Of a DNA stretch of 64,000 bases, positions 9,021-17,623 are shown one piece after another; positions within the stretch are counted from its first letter, which is position 1; every line of letters starts with the position of its first letter. Location of the stretch: contig JBOEGF010000018.1 in the NCBI GenBank assembly GCA_050633305.1, forward strand, positions 512,001-576,000, in the 5' to 3' direction. This DNA comes from Nannocystales bacterium (GTDB lineage: Bacteria > Myxococcota_A > Polyangia > Nannocystales > Nannocystaceae). Under the pieces are notes generated by a model. It did no database searches, had not been told where the DNA came from, and saw only the letters and a program-made list of their open reading frames with translations. A program made the translations under genes and the position numbers.

Positions 9021-9188
9021 CGGACGCTCTACGTCAGCTGAGTGACCGGCTCTCAGGCCCCTCGACGAATAGGGCCGTTGGGCGGCCTCTCGCGTTCGAA
9101 TTCGCGTTCGAACCAGCTGTCGGAATCAACTGGTTGGCGCCCGCGGAAAGCCGGCGCCGTGCGCCTGCGCTTCCCGGTTCTCGGTCGC

Positions 9189-9686
9189 CTATGACCAAGC
9201 CAAGGCCCGAGGGATCCGGCGATCTTCGACGCAGCCTCGGCCGCGGCGGCGACAACAGGGCTGTCGGGTACAGCCCATGAAGATCATCGGATCCCGGTGT
9301 TTGAAGAGCAGATAGGGGAGGCCGGACTCGTGCCTGGGCTCGGTCCCGAACTCGCGGACGTCGATGCGTCCGTGCCGGGTCGGTGCGCAAGCCCGCCAGG
9401 CAGATTGGAGAAGCGTGGGCGCTAGAAGGGCCGGACGTCCCGATGGCGCGGCGAGGAGGTGCCAGTGCCAGCCTTGCCCGTCGGGGTGGACGTCGCCGCT
9501 GTAGAGCACGAGGACGTGCTGGTCGAGCCGCGCCGCCAGCTCGCGAGCGAATCGCTTCGGGTCGCGGAGCGCGGCGTACTCGGAGATCGGGCGGCGATAG
9601 GTCAGCGTCATGAACACCGACCAGTCGACCGTCGACGTCGCGGCGAGCCATGCCTGCGCCGCGCGGCGGTCGAGCCCGTCTCTCAC
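9189..9686 (-). CDS. Small HUH-superfamily rolling-circle replication initiator (Rep)
   Basis: Motif I FMTLTY, motif II WHWHLL, motif III-like YLLFK; GTG start overlaps the xis stop (GTGA). Confidence 0.7.
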   Translation of the reverse strand: MRDGLDRRAAQAWLAATSTVDWSVFMTLTYRRPISEYAALRDPKRFARELAARLDQHVLVLYSGDVHPDGQGWHWHLLAAPSGRPALLAPTLLQSAWRACAPTRHGRIDVREFGTEPRHESGLPYLLFKHRDPMIFMGCTRQPCCRRRGRGCVEDRRIPRALAWS

Positions 9687-9919
9687 CACTCCTCCGCGGT
9701 GGAGTCGCGCTGCGAGTCCCCGAGGAACTCCTCGATGGACTCCATCGCGTAGCGGATGATCGCGGTCCGAGCCTTGTGGAACTTGTGGTAGCGAGGGCCG
9801 ATGCCCTGTCTTCGCCATCGACTCAGCGTCGCGGTCGAGACGTTGAGCAGTTCGGCCACGTCCTGCGGGCGCAGGAGTGCTTGCGGGCGACCGTCGCCCG
9901 CCCCATCAGTTGCCAGCAT
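9683..9919 (-). CDS. AlpA/excisionase-like HTH protein
   Basis: LLRPQDVAELLNVSTATLSRWRRQGIGPRY...IRY pattern; next to the integrase. Confidence 0.88.
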   Translation of the reverse strand: MLATDGAGDGRPQALLRPQDVAELLNVSTATLSRWRRQGIGPRYHKFHKARTAIIRYAMESIEEFLGDSQRDSTAEEW

Positions 9920-10047
9920 GTTGGTAGATGTAGCCGCGACAGGATTTGCGTCAAGTCGAAATCTTCAATCATCGCTACATGTTAGCTGTCACCCTCGAAC
10001 ACTCTGCGGGTACGGTCTGCCACCGTCTGCGACTCAACTGCCGGTGA

Positions 10048-11253
10048 TCATCGGCTGGCACGATTCGCTCCGAAGCCCATCGAGTCTGCGAGCCGCTGCG
10101 AGATTTTCTTGCTCGCTTCCTGCAGCGGGTGGAGCTGAAGCTCCGCGTACCGCTGGGTCGTCGCCTGGCTCTTGTGGCCAAGCAGCGACCCAATCACCGG
10201 GAGCGAGTGCTGGAGCCCGACCGCGTGTGTCGCGAAGTTGTGCCGCAGGTCGTGGAGCCGGACATCGCCCAGCCCGGCACGCTTGCGCACCGCCATCCAC
10301 GGCTTGTTGATGTCGTGCAGCGGTCGCCCGGGGTTCTTCGGGGACGCGAAGACGTAGGCGTTCTCCGGGTCGCGTGGGAGCCCTTCGAGTACCGTTCGCG
10401 CGGCCGCGTTCAGCGGGACGATCTTGCTCCCAGTCTTGCTGTCGCGGAGCCGCAGCATGTTTCGCTCGAAGTCGACTTCGTCCCAGCGCAGGCGTAGGCA
10501 CTCGCTGCGGCGCACCCCGGTGAACAGCAGGAAGCGGATCGCCGCGATGGCCGTCGGGTTCAGCGCGACGGTCGGGTCGTCGCTCTCGGCCTCCAGCAGC
10601 ACATTGGCCAAGCGGCGGAGCTCGAGATCGTTGAGGTCGCGGTGGAGCTTCCGCTCCTTGTACCGCTGCACGCGAGCGGACGGGTTCGAGCCGATCGGTC
10701 GCCAGCCCCAGGTCTCGGCGAGGTTGAGCATCTTGCTGATGAGCGACAGCACCCGGTTGGCGGCGCCCGTGGTCTCTCGCATGCCGTGGTGCAGAGACTG
10801 CACGTCATCCAGACCGATGGCGGTCACCTTGAGCTTCCCCAGGCGGGGCAGGACGTGAAGCCGGAGGTTGGCCCGGTCGGTCTCGACCGAGGACGGCTCC
10901 TTCTTCGGGACCGCGTGCTCCCGCAGGTACCGCTCCGCGAGGTCTTCGACCGTTGGCGCCCGTCGCAGGCTCTGGCGTGTCTTCGACGGGTCGCCGCCCT
11001 GCTTGACGATGTGCAGCCACTCGCGCGCGATCTCCCGCGCCTGGTCGACCGTCAGCTCCCCGAAGGACCCGATCTTCGGCTTACGGCTCGTGTTGTCCTG
11101 GGTCCGGTAGAAGAGCAGGAACGAGGCGCGCCCGGTGGCGTAGACCCGGCACATCAGCCCGGTCACCTCGGTGTCCCAGAACTCGACCGCTCGCTTCTCC
11201 TTGCGGGCAGCGTCGATGATGCGCTTCGTGATCCGTGTCGTTTCGCTCGCCAT
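10048..11253 (-). CDS. int: Tyrosine integrase with N-terminal arm-binding domain
   Basis: TGVRRSE, HDLRH, LLGHK...TQRY catalytic residues; WDTEVTGL arm domain; GGAGA RBS before ATG at 11253. Confidence 0.95.
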   Translation of the reverse strand: MASETTRITKRIIDAARKEKRAVEFWDTEVTGLMCRVYATGRASFLLFYRTQDNTSRKPKIGSFGELTVDQAREIAREWLHIVKQGGDPSKTRQSLRRAPTVEDLAERYLREHAVPKKEPSSVETDRANLRLHVLPRLGKLKVTAIGLDDVQSLHHGMRETTGAANRVLSLISKMLNLAETWGWRPIGSNPSARVQRYKERKLHRDLNDLELRRLANVLLEAESDDPTVALNPTAIAAIRFLLFTGVRRSECLRLRWDEVDFERNMLRLRDSKTGSKIVPLNAAARTVLEGLPRDPENAYVFASPKNPGRPLHDINKPWMAVRKRAGLGDVRLHDLRHNFATHAVGLQHSLPVIGSLLGHKSQATTQRYAELQLHPLQEASKKISQRLADSMGFGANRASR

Positions 11254-11422
11254 CCGTGCTTCTCCAGGTCGCAACCAGGTAGCACCAAGATGACCCCAGG
11301 TGACCGAACCCGCAATCGTGAAGTCGACCGGGAAGCAGTGATAGCGAGCGTTTAGGGCCGAAGTGGCGACTTTTCCGTTCAACCCGCCCGAAGTCGATCC
11401 AACCTGTCTCGTGCCGACACGG

Positions 11423-11477
11423 GGACTGAAAATCCGGGTGTCCGTGGTTCAAATCCGCGCCTGGGCACTGAAACCCG
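11423..11477 (+). repeat. attR direct repeat (duplicated 3' half of tRNA-Phe)
   Basis: 55-bp identity with 6538-6592; the tRNA 5' half is absent here. Confidence 0.95.
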
Positions 11478-11502
11478 TCTCTTGAGGCGGGTTTTTCTTT
11501 TT
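11470..11502 (+). terminator. Variant copy of the tRNA terminator
   Basis: AAACCCGTCTC-tt-GAGGCGGGTTT followed by TTCTTTTT. Confidence 0.8.
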
Positions 11503-11586
11503 GGTTCGGCAGCGAGATCGCCGTCTCGACCGGCTTCACCGCCGCAGATCGGGTCTCGCGGACCGCGCTAAACTCTGGCTGCTCGC

Positions 11587-13251
11587 ATGGGTCTGCTCTC
11601 CCCAACGCCCACGCCCTACGATCCGCTGGAGTGGGAAGGTCTACCGCTCCCCGAGAAGCTCAAGTGGGTTTGCCGAGCGTGGGTGGTGCAGGGGTACGGC
11701 ACGCCGTTGGCGATCTACGGCGCGTACGGTCTCAAGGTCGCCGCGTACATCGGTGGGTGGGTGTTCTTCTGCAGCCTCTCCCCGTCGCTCGGGTCATGGA
11801 CAGAGCTGGGACAGTGGTGGTCCCACCCCGTGGCGTTCGAGAAGGCGATCCTTTGGAGCCTGCTGTTCGAGGTCATGGGCTTCGGCTGCGGGAGCGGTCC
11901 GCTGACGGGGCGCTACCTTCCACCCGTCGGAGGGCTGTTGTACTGGCTCCGCCCCGGCACGACGAAGCTTCCGCCGTGGCCGCAGCTCCCGGGCGCGGGC
12001 GGGCACCAGCGGACGTGGCTGGATGTGCTCGCGTACGCAGGGTTGCTGGGGCTCACGGTGCGCGCACTGTTGTTGCCGCAGGCCGCGATGCTCGACTGGG
12101 TCGCGGTGTTGGTGGCGCTGCTCGTGCTGGGCCTCCGCGACCGCACGATCGTGCTCGCAGCTCGTGTGGAGCACTACGGAGTCACCGCGGTGTGTTTCGC
12201 GTTTTCGCCGAATCCTCTGGCGGGTGCGATGGCCGTACAGCTGGCGCTGTGGTTTTTCGCGGGCGTCTCCAAGCTCAACCATCATTTTCCCACGGTGGTC
12301 AGCGTGATGACCTCGAACAGCCCGAGCACGCCACTGTTGTGGCTGCGCAAGCGGATGGTTCGCGGCTATCCCGACGACTTGCGTCCCTCGGCGTTGGCGG
12401 CGGTGGCCGGACACTTCGGCACGGCGCTCGAGCTGGGTGTGCCGTTGGTGCTCCTCGCGGGGGAGGGAGGCACGGTCACCCTTGTGGGCCTGGTGTTGAT
12501 GCTCGTCCTTCATACCTTCATCACCAGCAACGTTCCGATGGGTGTGCCGCTGGAGTGGAACGTGATGGTGGTCTACGGCGGGTTCGTCCTTTTCGGTGCC
12601 CACAATCTCCACCTCGCCGACGTCGGGCTCCCGGTTGGCCTCTTCTTGGTGCTCACGGTCGTGGTGGTGCCCTTGGTCGGCAACGTGGTGCCGGATCGCG
12701 TGTCGTTCTTGTTGTCGATGCGCTACTACGCGGGGAACTGGCCGTGCAGCGTGTGGTTGTTTCGCGATGAGGCCTGGCGAAAGCTGGAACGGCTCACCAA
12801 GAGCGCTCCGTGGGTCTACGACCAGCTGGCGGTGGCGTACGACCGGGGGACGTCGGTCGGACTCGTCGGGAAGGTGATGGCGTTCCGGGCCATGCACCTG
12901 CACGGGCGGGCCTTGCCCACGCTTGTACCGCGGGCGATCGAAGGGGCAGGGGAGTTCGAGCGGTTCCACTGGCTCGATGGCGAACTTGTTGCGGGGCTGG
13001 CCCTCGGGTGGAACTTTGGCGACGGGCACTTGCACCACGAGCAGCTGGTGGATGCTCTGCAGGCGCAGTGTGGGTTCGAGCGGGGCGAGCTGCGCATCGT
13101 CTGCATCGAGTCGCAGCCTCTGCATCGGCAGACGCTCGACTACCGCTTGCTCGATGCAGCGAGCGGCGAGCTGGATCGAGGGCGGATCCCCGTTGCGACG
13201 CTCCGAGGGTTGCAGCCTTGGGAGTCCATGGAGCCACCCCCGCACGGCTGA
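11587..13251 (+). CDS. DUF3556 family multi-pass membrane protein
   Basis: QGYGTP, GSGPLTGR, SKLNHHF, VPLEWN, MRYYAGNW, GWNFGDGHLH motifs. Confidence 0.8.
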   Translation: MGLLSPTPTPYDPLEWEGLPLPEKLKWVCRAWVVQGYGTPLAIYGAYGLKVAAYIGGWVFFCSLSPSLGSWTELGQWWSHPVAFEKAILWSLLFEVMGFGCGSGPLTGRYLPPVGGLLYWLRPGTTKLPPWPQLPGAGGHQRTWLDVLAYAGLLGLTVRALLLPQAAMLDWVAVLVALLVLGLRDRTIVLAARVEHYGVTAVCFAFSPNPLAGAMAVQLALWFFAGVSKLNHHFPTVVSVMTSNSPSTPLLWLRKRMVRGYPDDLRPSALAAVAGHFGTALELGVPLVLLAGEGGTVTLVGLVLMLVLHTFITSNVPMGVPLEWNVMVVYGGFVLFGAHNLHLADVGLPVGLFLVLTVVVVPLVGNVVPDRVSFLLSMRYYAGNWPCSVWLFRDEAWRKLERLTKSAPWVYDQLAVAYDRGTSVGLVGKVMAFRAMHLHGRALPTLVPRAIEGAGEFERFHWLDGELVAGLALGWNFGDGHLHHEQLVDALQAQCGFERGELRIVCIESQPLHRQTLDYRLLDAASGELDRGRIPVATLRGLQPWESMEPPPHG

Positions 13252-13304
13252 AGACACGCAGCAAATTTTCGTCCGGCGAACGTTCGGGTCATGGTGAGGA
13301 GGCT

Positions 13305-14306
13305 GTGTTCGACCTGTCCTTGCTGGTGCTCTCCAGTTTGCTTGCCGCTGCGACTCCTGAACATGGGGGAGGCTCCGCGCACGTGGTTCGAAAGGGCGAG
13401 ACCCTCTGGGAGCTGGCGCGGGAGCGAGGCTGTACGGTCGAGCAGGTCCGCAAGGTCAACGGGCTGAGGCCCGGAGGTCTTCGTATCGGCATGACGCTCA
13501 CGTTGCCCTCGTGCAGGCCGGTGGTCGCCAAGACCCACATTGTGGCCCGAGGGGACACGCTTTCCGCCGTCGCCAGGCGGTATGGCACCACGGTGGCGGC
13601 GATTCGAACCCACAACCGCCTCGACTCGGACGTCATCCGCGTGGGGCAGAGACTCCAGATCACGGGGTCCGCTCCGCCGCCTGCGATTCGCATGGTCAAG
13701 GGCCAGAGTGTCGGCTCCCCGCAGCGAGGCAAGCTTTCGGAGCCCGCCCGGCTTCCGCAGAGCAAACGCTACTACCGGCGTCGTCTTCCCCGAACCTATG
13801 CCGCGGCGCACGTCGTCGACCAGTTATCCGCCGCCATCGCAGCGGTGTCCGCCGCCCACCCGAAGGTCGGTCGTCTCGCGATCGGTGACCTCTCCGATGA
13901 GGATGGGGGGAGCCTGTCGGGACACAACTCGCACCAGTCAGGCCGTGATGTCGACCTCGGCCTGTACTTCAAGAAACAGCCGGCTGGATACCCCAAGGAG
14001 TTCGTACCGGCGGTCAAGGGACAGCTCGATGTTGCCGCCATGTGGACCCTGCTCGATACGCTCTACGGACAGTCGAAGAAGCCCGGCGGTCCCACCAAAA
14101 TCTTCTTGGACTACCGGATTCAGAAGCAGCTGTATCTGTACGCTCGGAGTCAGAAAGTGAGCCGGGCGAAGCTCAAGAAGATCTTCAGCTACCCGGACGG
14201 TCGTTGGGCGGGGGGCCGACTGGTGCAGCATCTGCGCAACCACCACGACCACCTACACGTCCGCTTTGGGTGCCCTCCCAAGGACTCCGGCTGCAAAGGC
14301 GGATGA
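13305..14306 (+). CDS. 2x LysM + penicillin-insensitive murein endopeptidase (MepA-like)
   Basis: HVVRKGETL and HIVARGDTL LysM repeats; GDLS..GG...GH.SHQSGRDVD; H.DHLHVR; GAGGAGG RBS. Confidence 0.87.
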   Translation: MFDLSLLVLSSLLAAATPEHGGGSAHVVRKGETLWELARERGCTVEQVRKVNGLRPGGLRIGMTLTLPSCRPVVAKTHIVARGDTLSAVARRYGTTVAAIRTHNRLDSDVIRVGQRLQITGSAPPPAIRMVKGQSVGSPQRGKLSEPARLPQSKRYYRRRLPRTYAAAHVVDQLSAAIAAVSAAHPKVGRLAIGDLSDEDGGSLSGHNSHQSGRDVDLGLYFKKQPAGYPKEFVPAVKGQLDVAAMWTLLDTLYGQSKKPGGPTKIFLDYRIQKQLYLYARSQKVSRAKLKKIFSYPDGRWAGGRLVQHLRNHHDHLHVRFGCPPKDSGCKGG

Positions 14307-14347
14307 GTTGGAATGGAGCCAATGCTCCAGGCGTCATCGCGCCGACA

Positions 14348-15244
14348 ATGCGTTTTCTTCTGACTTCCACAGTGTCCTTGATGGCTGCGTGTGCGGCCAC
14401 GCCTTCTGCGACCGAGACGCCACAGGGTCCCGCTGCGGCCGCGGCCCCGACTTCTGAGGCAGGCCGGACGAAGACAGACTGGGCCGCCGCGGTCAGCGTC
14501 GAAGCGGAGGCTTTGCAGGCCGCGCATCCGGGGGCCGAGGTCCGGATCGCTGTGCTGGATGACTGTGGCCAGGCTGTCTTGGCCCGCCATGGGGACATCG
14601 ATGTGGCGAAGCCAACCGGGTCCTCGATCAAGCCGTTGGCCATTCACGCGGCGCTCGGCCTGGGACTCGATCCCGCGCTCGAGGTCGATGCCTCCGCGCC
14701 GCTGAAGGTAGGGGATGAGACGATCAAGGACTCGCGAAACAACGGAGTGCTCAGCCTCTCCGAGGCCATCGCGAAATCCTCGAACATCGCGGTCGCCCGG
14801 GCACTACAGACCGTCGACTGGAAGGAGGCCTATGCGCGAGTGGGAACGCTCGTCTCACTCCCGAGCCCCGAGGGGCTGAGCCTTCGGGACGCGATCGGTC
14901 AACTCGATGGGTTCAAGACGACGGTCCCGCTGCACGAGCTTGTGTCCGCGTATGCGCAGATGGCCTCGACGTCACATGGGGAGGCCGTGCTCGACATGTT
15001 GCGGCTCGCGGTGACGCCCGAGGGGACAGGGTCCGCGGCGGTGGTCGAGGGGTTGGAGGTCTTGGGAAAGACCGGAACCTCCAGGATTGACGACGTGCAG
15101 GGCGCGGTCTTCGTCGGTCGCGTGCGCGATGGGGAGAAGTCCGCGTGGATTGGAGTCTCCGTCCATGGCGTTGCCGAAGATGCCTACGGCGGAACGGTCT
15201 GCGCGCCTGCGTTCGCCCACATCGCCAAAGCTGTGCTGCGCTAG
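14348..15244 (+). CDS. Penicillin-binding transpeptidase-domain lipoprotein
   Basis: SxxK (GSSIK), SxN (SSN) and KTG motifs; lipobox MAAC. Confidence 0.8.
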   Translation: MRFLLTSTVSLMAACAATPSATETPQGPAAAAAPTSEAGRTKTDWAAAVSVEAEALQAAHPGAEVRIAVLDDCGQAVLARHGDIDVAKPTGSSIKPLAIHAALGLGLDPALEVDASAPLKVGDETIKDSRNNGVLSLSEAIAKSSNIAVARALQTVDWKEAYARVGTLVSLPSPEGLSLRDAIGQLDGFKTTVPLHELVSAYAQMASTSHGEAVLDMLRLAVTPEGTGSAAVVEGLEVLGKTGTSRIDDVQGAVFVGRVRDGEKSAWIGVSVHGVAEDAYGGTVCAPAFAHIAKAVLR

Positions 15245-16266
15245 CTCCGGTGAACCTCGACCTGCCAGATCCCGCCCTTGTGCTCGGTGAAGCTCGTCCG
15301 GACGGGTAGAAACCTGGCGATGATGTCCGCGTTCGTACGGGTGTGCAGCGAAGGGGCGCTGGTGAAGAAACTCCCGCCCTGGGCGAGCGCCATCGGCAGC
15401 AGGAGCTGGTCGGCGAGGTGCTCGTCGACGGGGACCTCGGATGCAAGGAACCGCTGCATCTCCTGGGCTGCGTCGGAAGCGACGTCCTCCGATCGTCTTC
15501 CTTTGCTCCCGATGCTGGAGACGACCGTGGTCCCGCTGTCGAAACTCGCTCCGAGCAGGAGCGCGTTGCCTGGCCCTGCCGACTCGACACGAGCGGTTGT
15601 CCCTTGGTTGCGTTGCCAGCCAAGTGCCGCGATGGCGGTGCCGACTTCGCGCTGGGCGATCTTGACCGGGAGACCGGAGACCACCGCTCGTGCATCGACC
15701 CCCCGGGCGCTGCCGCGGGTCTCCCACGTGCACGGGTGCAGCTCGCTTGGACGCAACGATGCACGCAAGCGTCCGCCGCCCGCCGGGTAGAACCCGTGTC
15801 GCTCGAGAGTGAGCTCCGCGCGCACGCCCATCTTCCGAACCTGCGGGAAGAACGTTCGGTCGAGGAACTCGAAGGTGGGTGCCATCGGGTTGTGGGTACC
15901 ACCGTCGATGACCACCTCGGACGGCGCATCGGCGAGGAGCAAGGGCCACAGGATGGTCTGCAGGACCAGTGTTGTGCTGCCCGCCGTTCCGATGGCGACC
16001 TGATGCTGTCCCGGCTGAACAGGCCCGGGAGCGAAGCACAGCTCCATACTGCCCACGGCCTCACCGCGCAGCTCGGCCCCGCTGATCGCCCCCGCCGCTC
16101 GGACCGCCGCAAGGTGCTGGCGGCGTAGCCCTGGCTTCGAGCGTTTGGCCCGTATGTTTCGGAACACAACGGGTGTCCCCGTGATGACCGACAGGGCGAG
16201 CGAAGAGCGGAGGATCTGGCCTCCGCCCTCGCCCTTGCTGCCGTCGATTTCGATGGGAGAGGTCAT
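15241..16266 (-). CDS. rtcA: RNA 3'-terminal phosphate cyclase
   Basis: IDGS.GEGGGQILRS, PGL..QH, GFYPAGGG, VDEHLADQL. Confidence 0.96.
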   Translation of the reverse strand: MTSPIEIDGSKGEGGGQILRSSLALSVITGTPVVFRNIRAKRSKPGLRRQHLAAVRAAGAISGAELRGEAVGSMELCFAPGPVQPGQHQVAIGTAGSTTLVLQTILWPLLLADAPSEVVIDGGTHNPMAPTFEFLDRTFFPQVRKMGVRAELTLERHGFYPAGGGRLRASLRPSELHPCTWETRGSARGVDARAVVSGLPVKIAQREVGTAIAALGWQRNQGTTARVESAGPGNALLLGASFDSGTTVVSSIGSKGRRSEDVASDAAQEMQRFLASEVPVDEHLADQLLLPMALAQGGSFFTSAPSLHTRTNADIIARFLPVRTSFTEHKGGIWQVEVHRS

Positions 16267-16276
16267 GGCTCCTGCT

Positions 16277-17509
16277 TCAACCCTTCACGCAGACCACCTG
16301 CCGAAGCGTATGTACCACTTCGACGAGGTCGCGCTGCGCTTCCATCACCGCATCGATCGACTTGTATGCGGCGGGTGTTTCGTCGATCACCGACTCATCC
16401 TTGCGGCACTCGACGCCTTCGGTCGCCTTGACGTGGTCCTCCACGGTGAACCGTCGCTTGGCTTCGGTTCGGGACATGGCCCGACCAGCGCCGTGACTGC
16501 ACGAGCAGAAGCTCTCCGCGTTGCCCTTTCCACGGACGATGTACGAGCGCGTGCCCATGCTTCCGGGAATGATGCCCAGCTCGCCTGCACCCGCGCGCAC
16601 GGCCCCCTTACGGGTCACCCAGACGTTCGCGTTGAAGTGATGCTCGCGAGCCACGTAGTTGTGGTGACAGTTCACAGCTTCGAGGTCGGCCCGGAATGCG
16701 GGCAGGTCAGGCACGTTCTGGAGCGCAGCCAAGGTGTTACGCATCATCAACTCGCGGTTGAGACGAGCGAAGTCCTGTGCCCAACCAACAGCCTCGACGT
16801 AGTCGTCGAAGTGCTGTGACCCCTCGGGAAAGTAGGCCAGGTTTTGGTCGGCGAGATGGACGAACCACCGTTCCATCTCTTCCTTGGCCTTCGCGATGAA
16901 GTACGAGCCGATCCGGTTCCCGACGCCCCGCGAGCCGCTATGCAGCATGACCCACACGCGCTCGGACTGATCGAGGCAGAGCTCGATGAAGTGATTTCCC
17001 GTACCAAGCGTGCCGAGGTGGTGGAGGTTGTTGCTCTGGCCCACCTTGGGGTGCTTGTCGACGATCGCCGAAAATCGGGGCTCGAGCGAGGCCCAGGCTT
17101 CCCCGACCGGACGTGGGATGTCACCCCACGACCCGCGGTCTCGGCGGGAGCGGCCGCTGCTGCGACCGTGAGGAACAGCCCGCTCGATGGCGGCGCGCAC
17201 GTGACCGAGCGAGTCGGGCAGGTCACTCGCCGTCATGCTGGTCCGGGTGGCCATCATGCCGCAGCCCAGGTCCACGCCAACCGCTGCCGGGACGATCGCA
17301 CCCTTGGTGGGGATGACCGAGCCGACCGTGGCGCCCATACCCCAATGTACGTCGGGCATGGCGGCGACCCACTTGTGCACGAACGGAAGCTGCGCGATGT
17401 TGGCGAGTTGCCGAAGCGCGGCATCTTCCACGGGGACACCTCGGGTCCAGCGCTTGACCGGAACGGAGCCCTCGACATGGTCGACCTCGTAGTTGCGCGT
17501 CATGTTCAT
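16277..17509 (-). CDS. rtcB: RNA-splicing/repair ligase RtcB
   Basis: MPDVH, VGVDLGCGM, GTLGTGNHFIE, HSGSRG, HHNY, SHGAGR, DETP.AYK. Confidence 0.96.
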   Translation of the reverse strand: MNMTRNYEVDHVEGSVPVKRWTRGVPVEDAALRQLANIAQLPFVHKWVAAMPDVHWGMGATVGSVIPTKGAIVPAAVGVDLGCGMMATRTSMTASDLPDSLGHVRAAIERAVPHGRSSGRSRRDRGSWGDIPRPVGEAWASLEPRFSAIVDKHPKVGQSNNLHHLGTLGTGNHFIELCLDQSERVWVMLHSGSRGVGNRIGSYFIAKAKEEMERWFVHLADQNLAYFPEGSQHFDDYVEAVGWAQDFARLNRELMMRNTLAALQNVPDLPAFRADLEAVNCHHNYVAREHHFNANVWVTRKGAVRAGAGELGIIPGSMGTRSYIVRGKGNAESFCSCSHGAGRAMSRTEAKRRFTVEDHVKATEGVECRKDESVIDETPAAYKSIDAVMEAQRDLVEVVHTLRQVVCVKG

Positions 17510-17623
17510 GCTCTCACCATGAGCAGGATGCGTTCTCGGCGGAGTCTTGCGTGATTCCAGCTGCTTACACATCTCTGCGGCTGGTGGAGCGAGATTCTTG
17601 GATACGAGATTATACTTTTGTAT

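Larger units (their letters stand above)
6538..11477. mobile_element. tRNA-Phe-integrated mini integrative element (about 4.9 kb): int, xis, HUH rep, HGGxSTG protein, ATPase + TOPRIM cargo
   Basis: Perfect 55-bp direct repeats of the tRNA 3' half at both ends; integrase next to the right repeat; six co-oriented genes. Confidence 0.92.

Noticed and set aside
11423..11467. Second tRNA-Phe gene
   Set aside because: Only the 3' half is present, with no 5' acceptor strand or D-arm; it is attR.
6538..11477. Prophage or ICE call for the element
   Set aside because: No structural, lysis, terminase or conjugation genes lie between the att sites.
17522..17537. Possible sigma54 promoter for rtcBA (GAGAACGCATCCTGCT, minus strand)
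   Set aside because: Lacks the invariant GG at -24 and would place the TSS almost on the start codon; not supportable.
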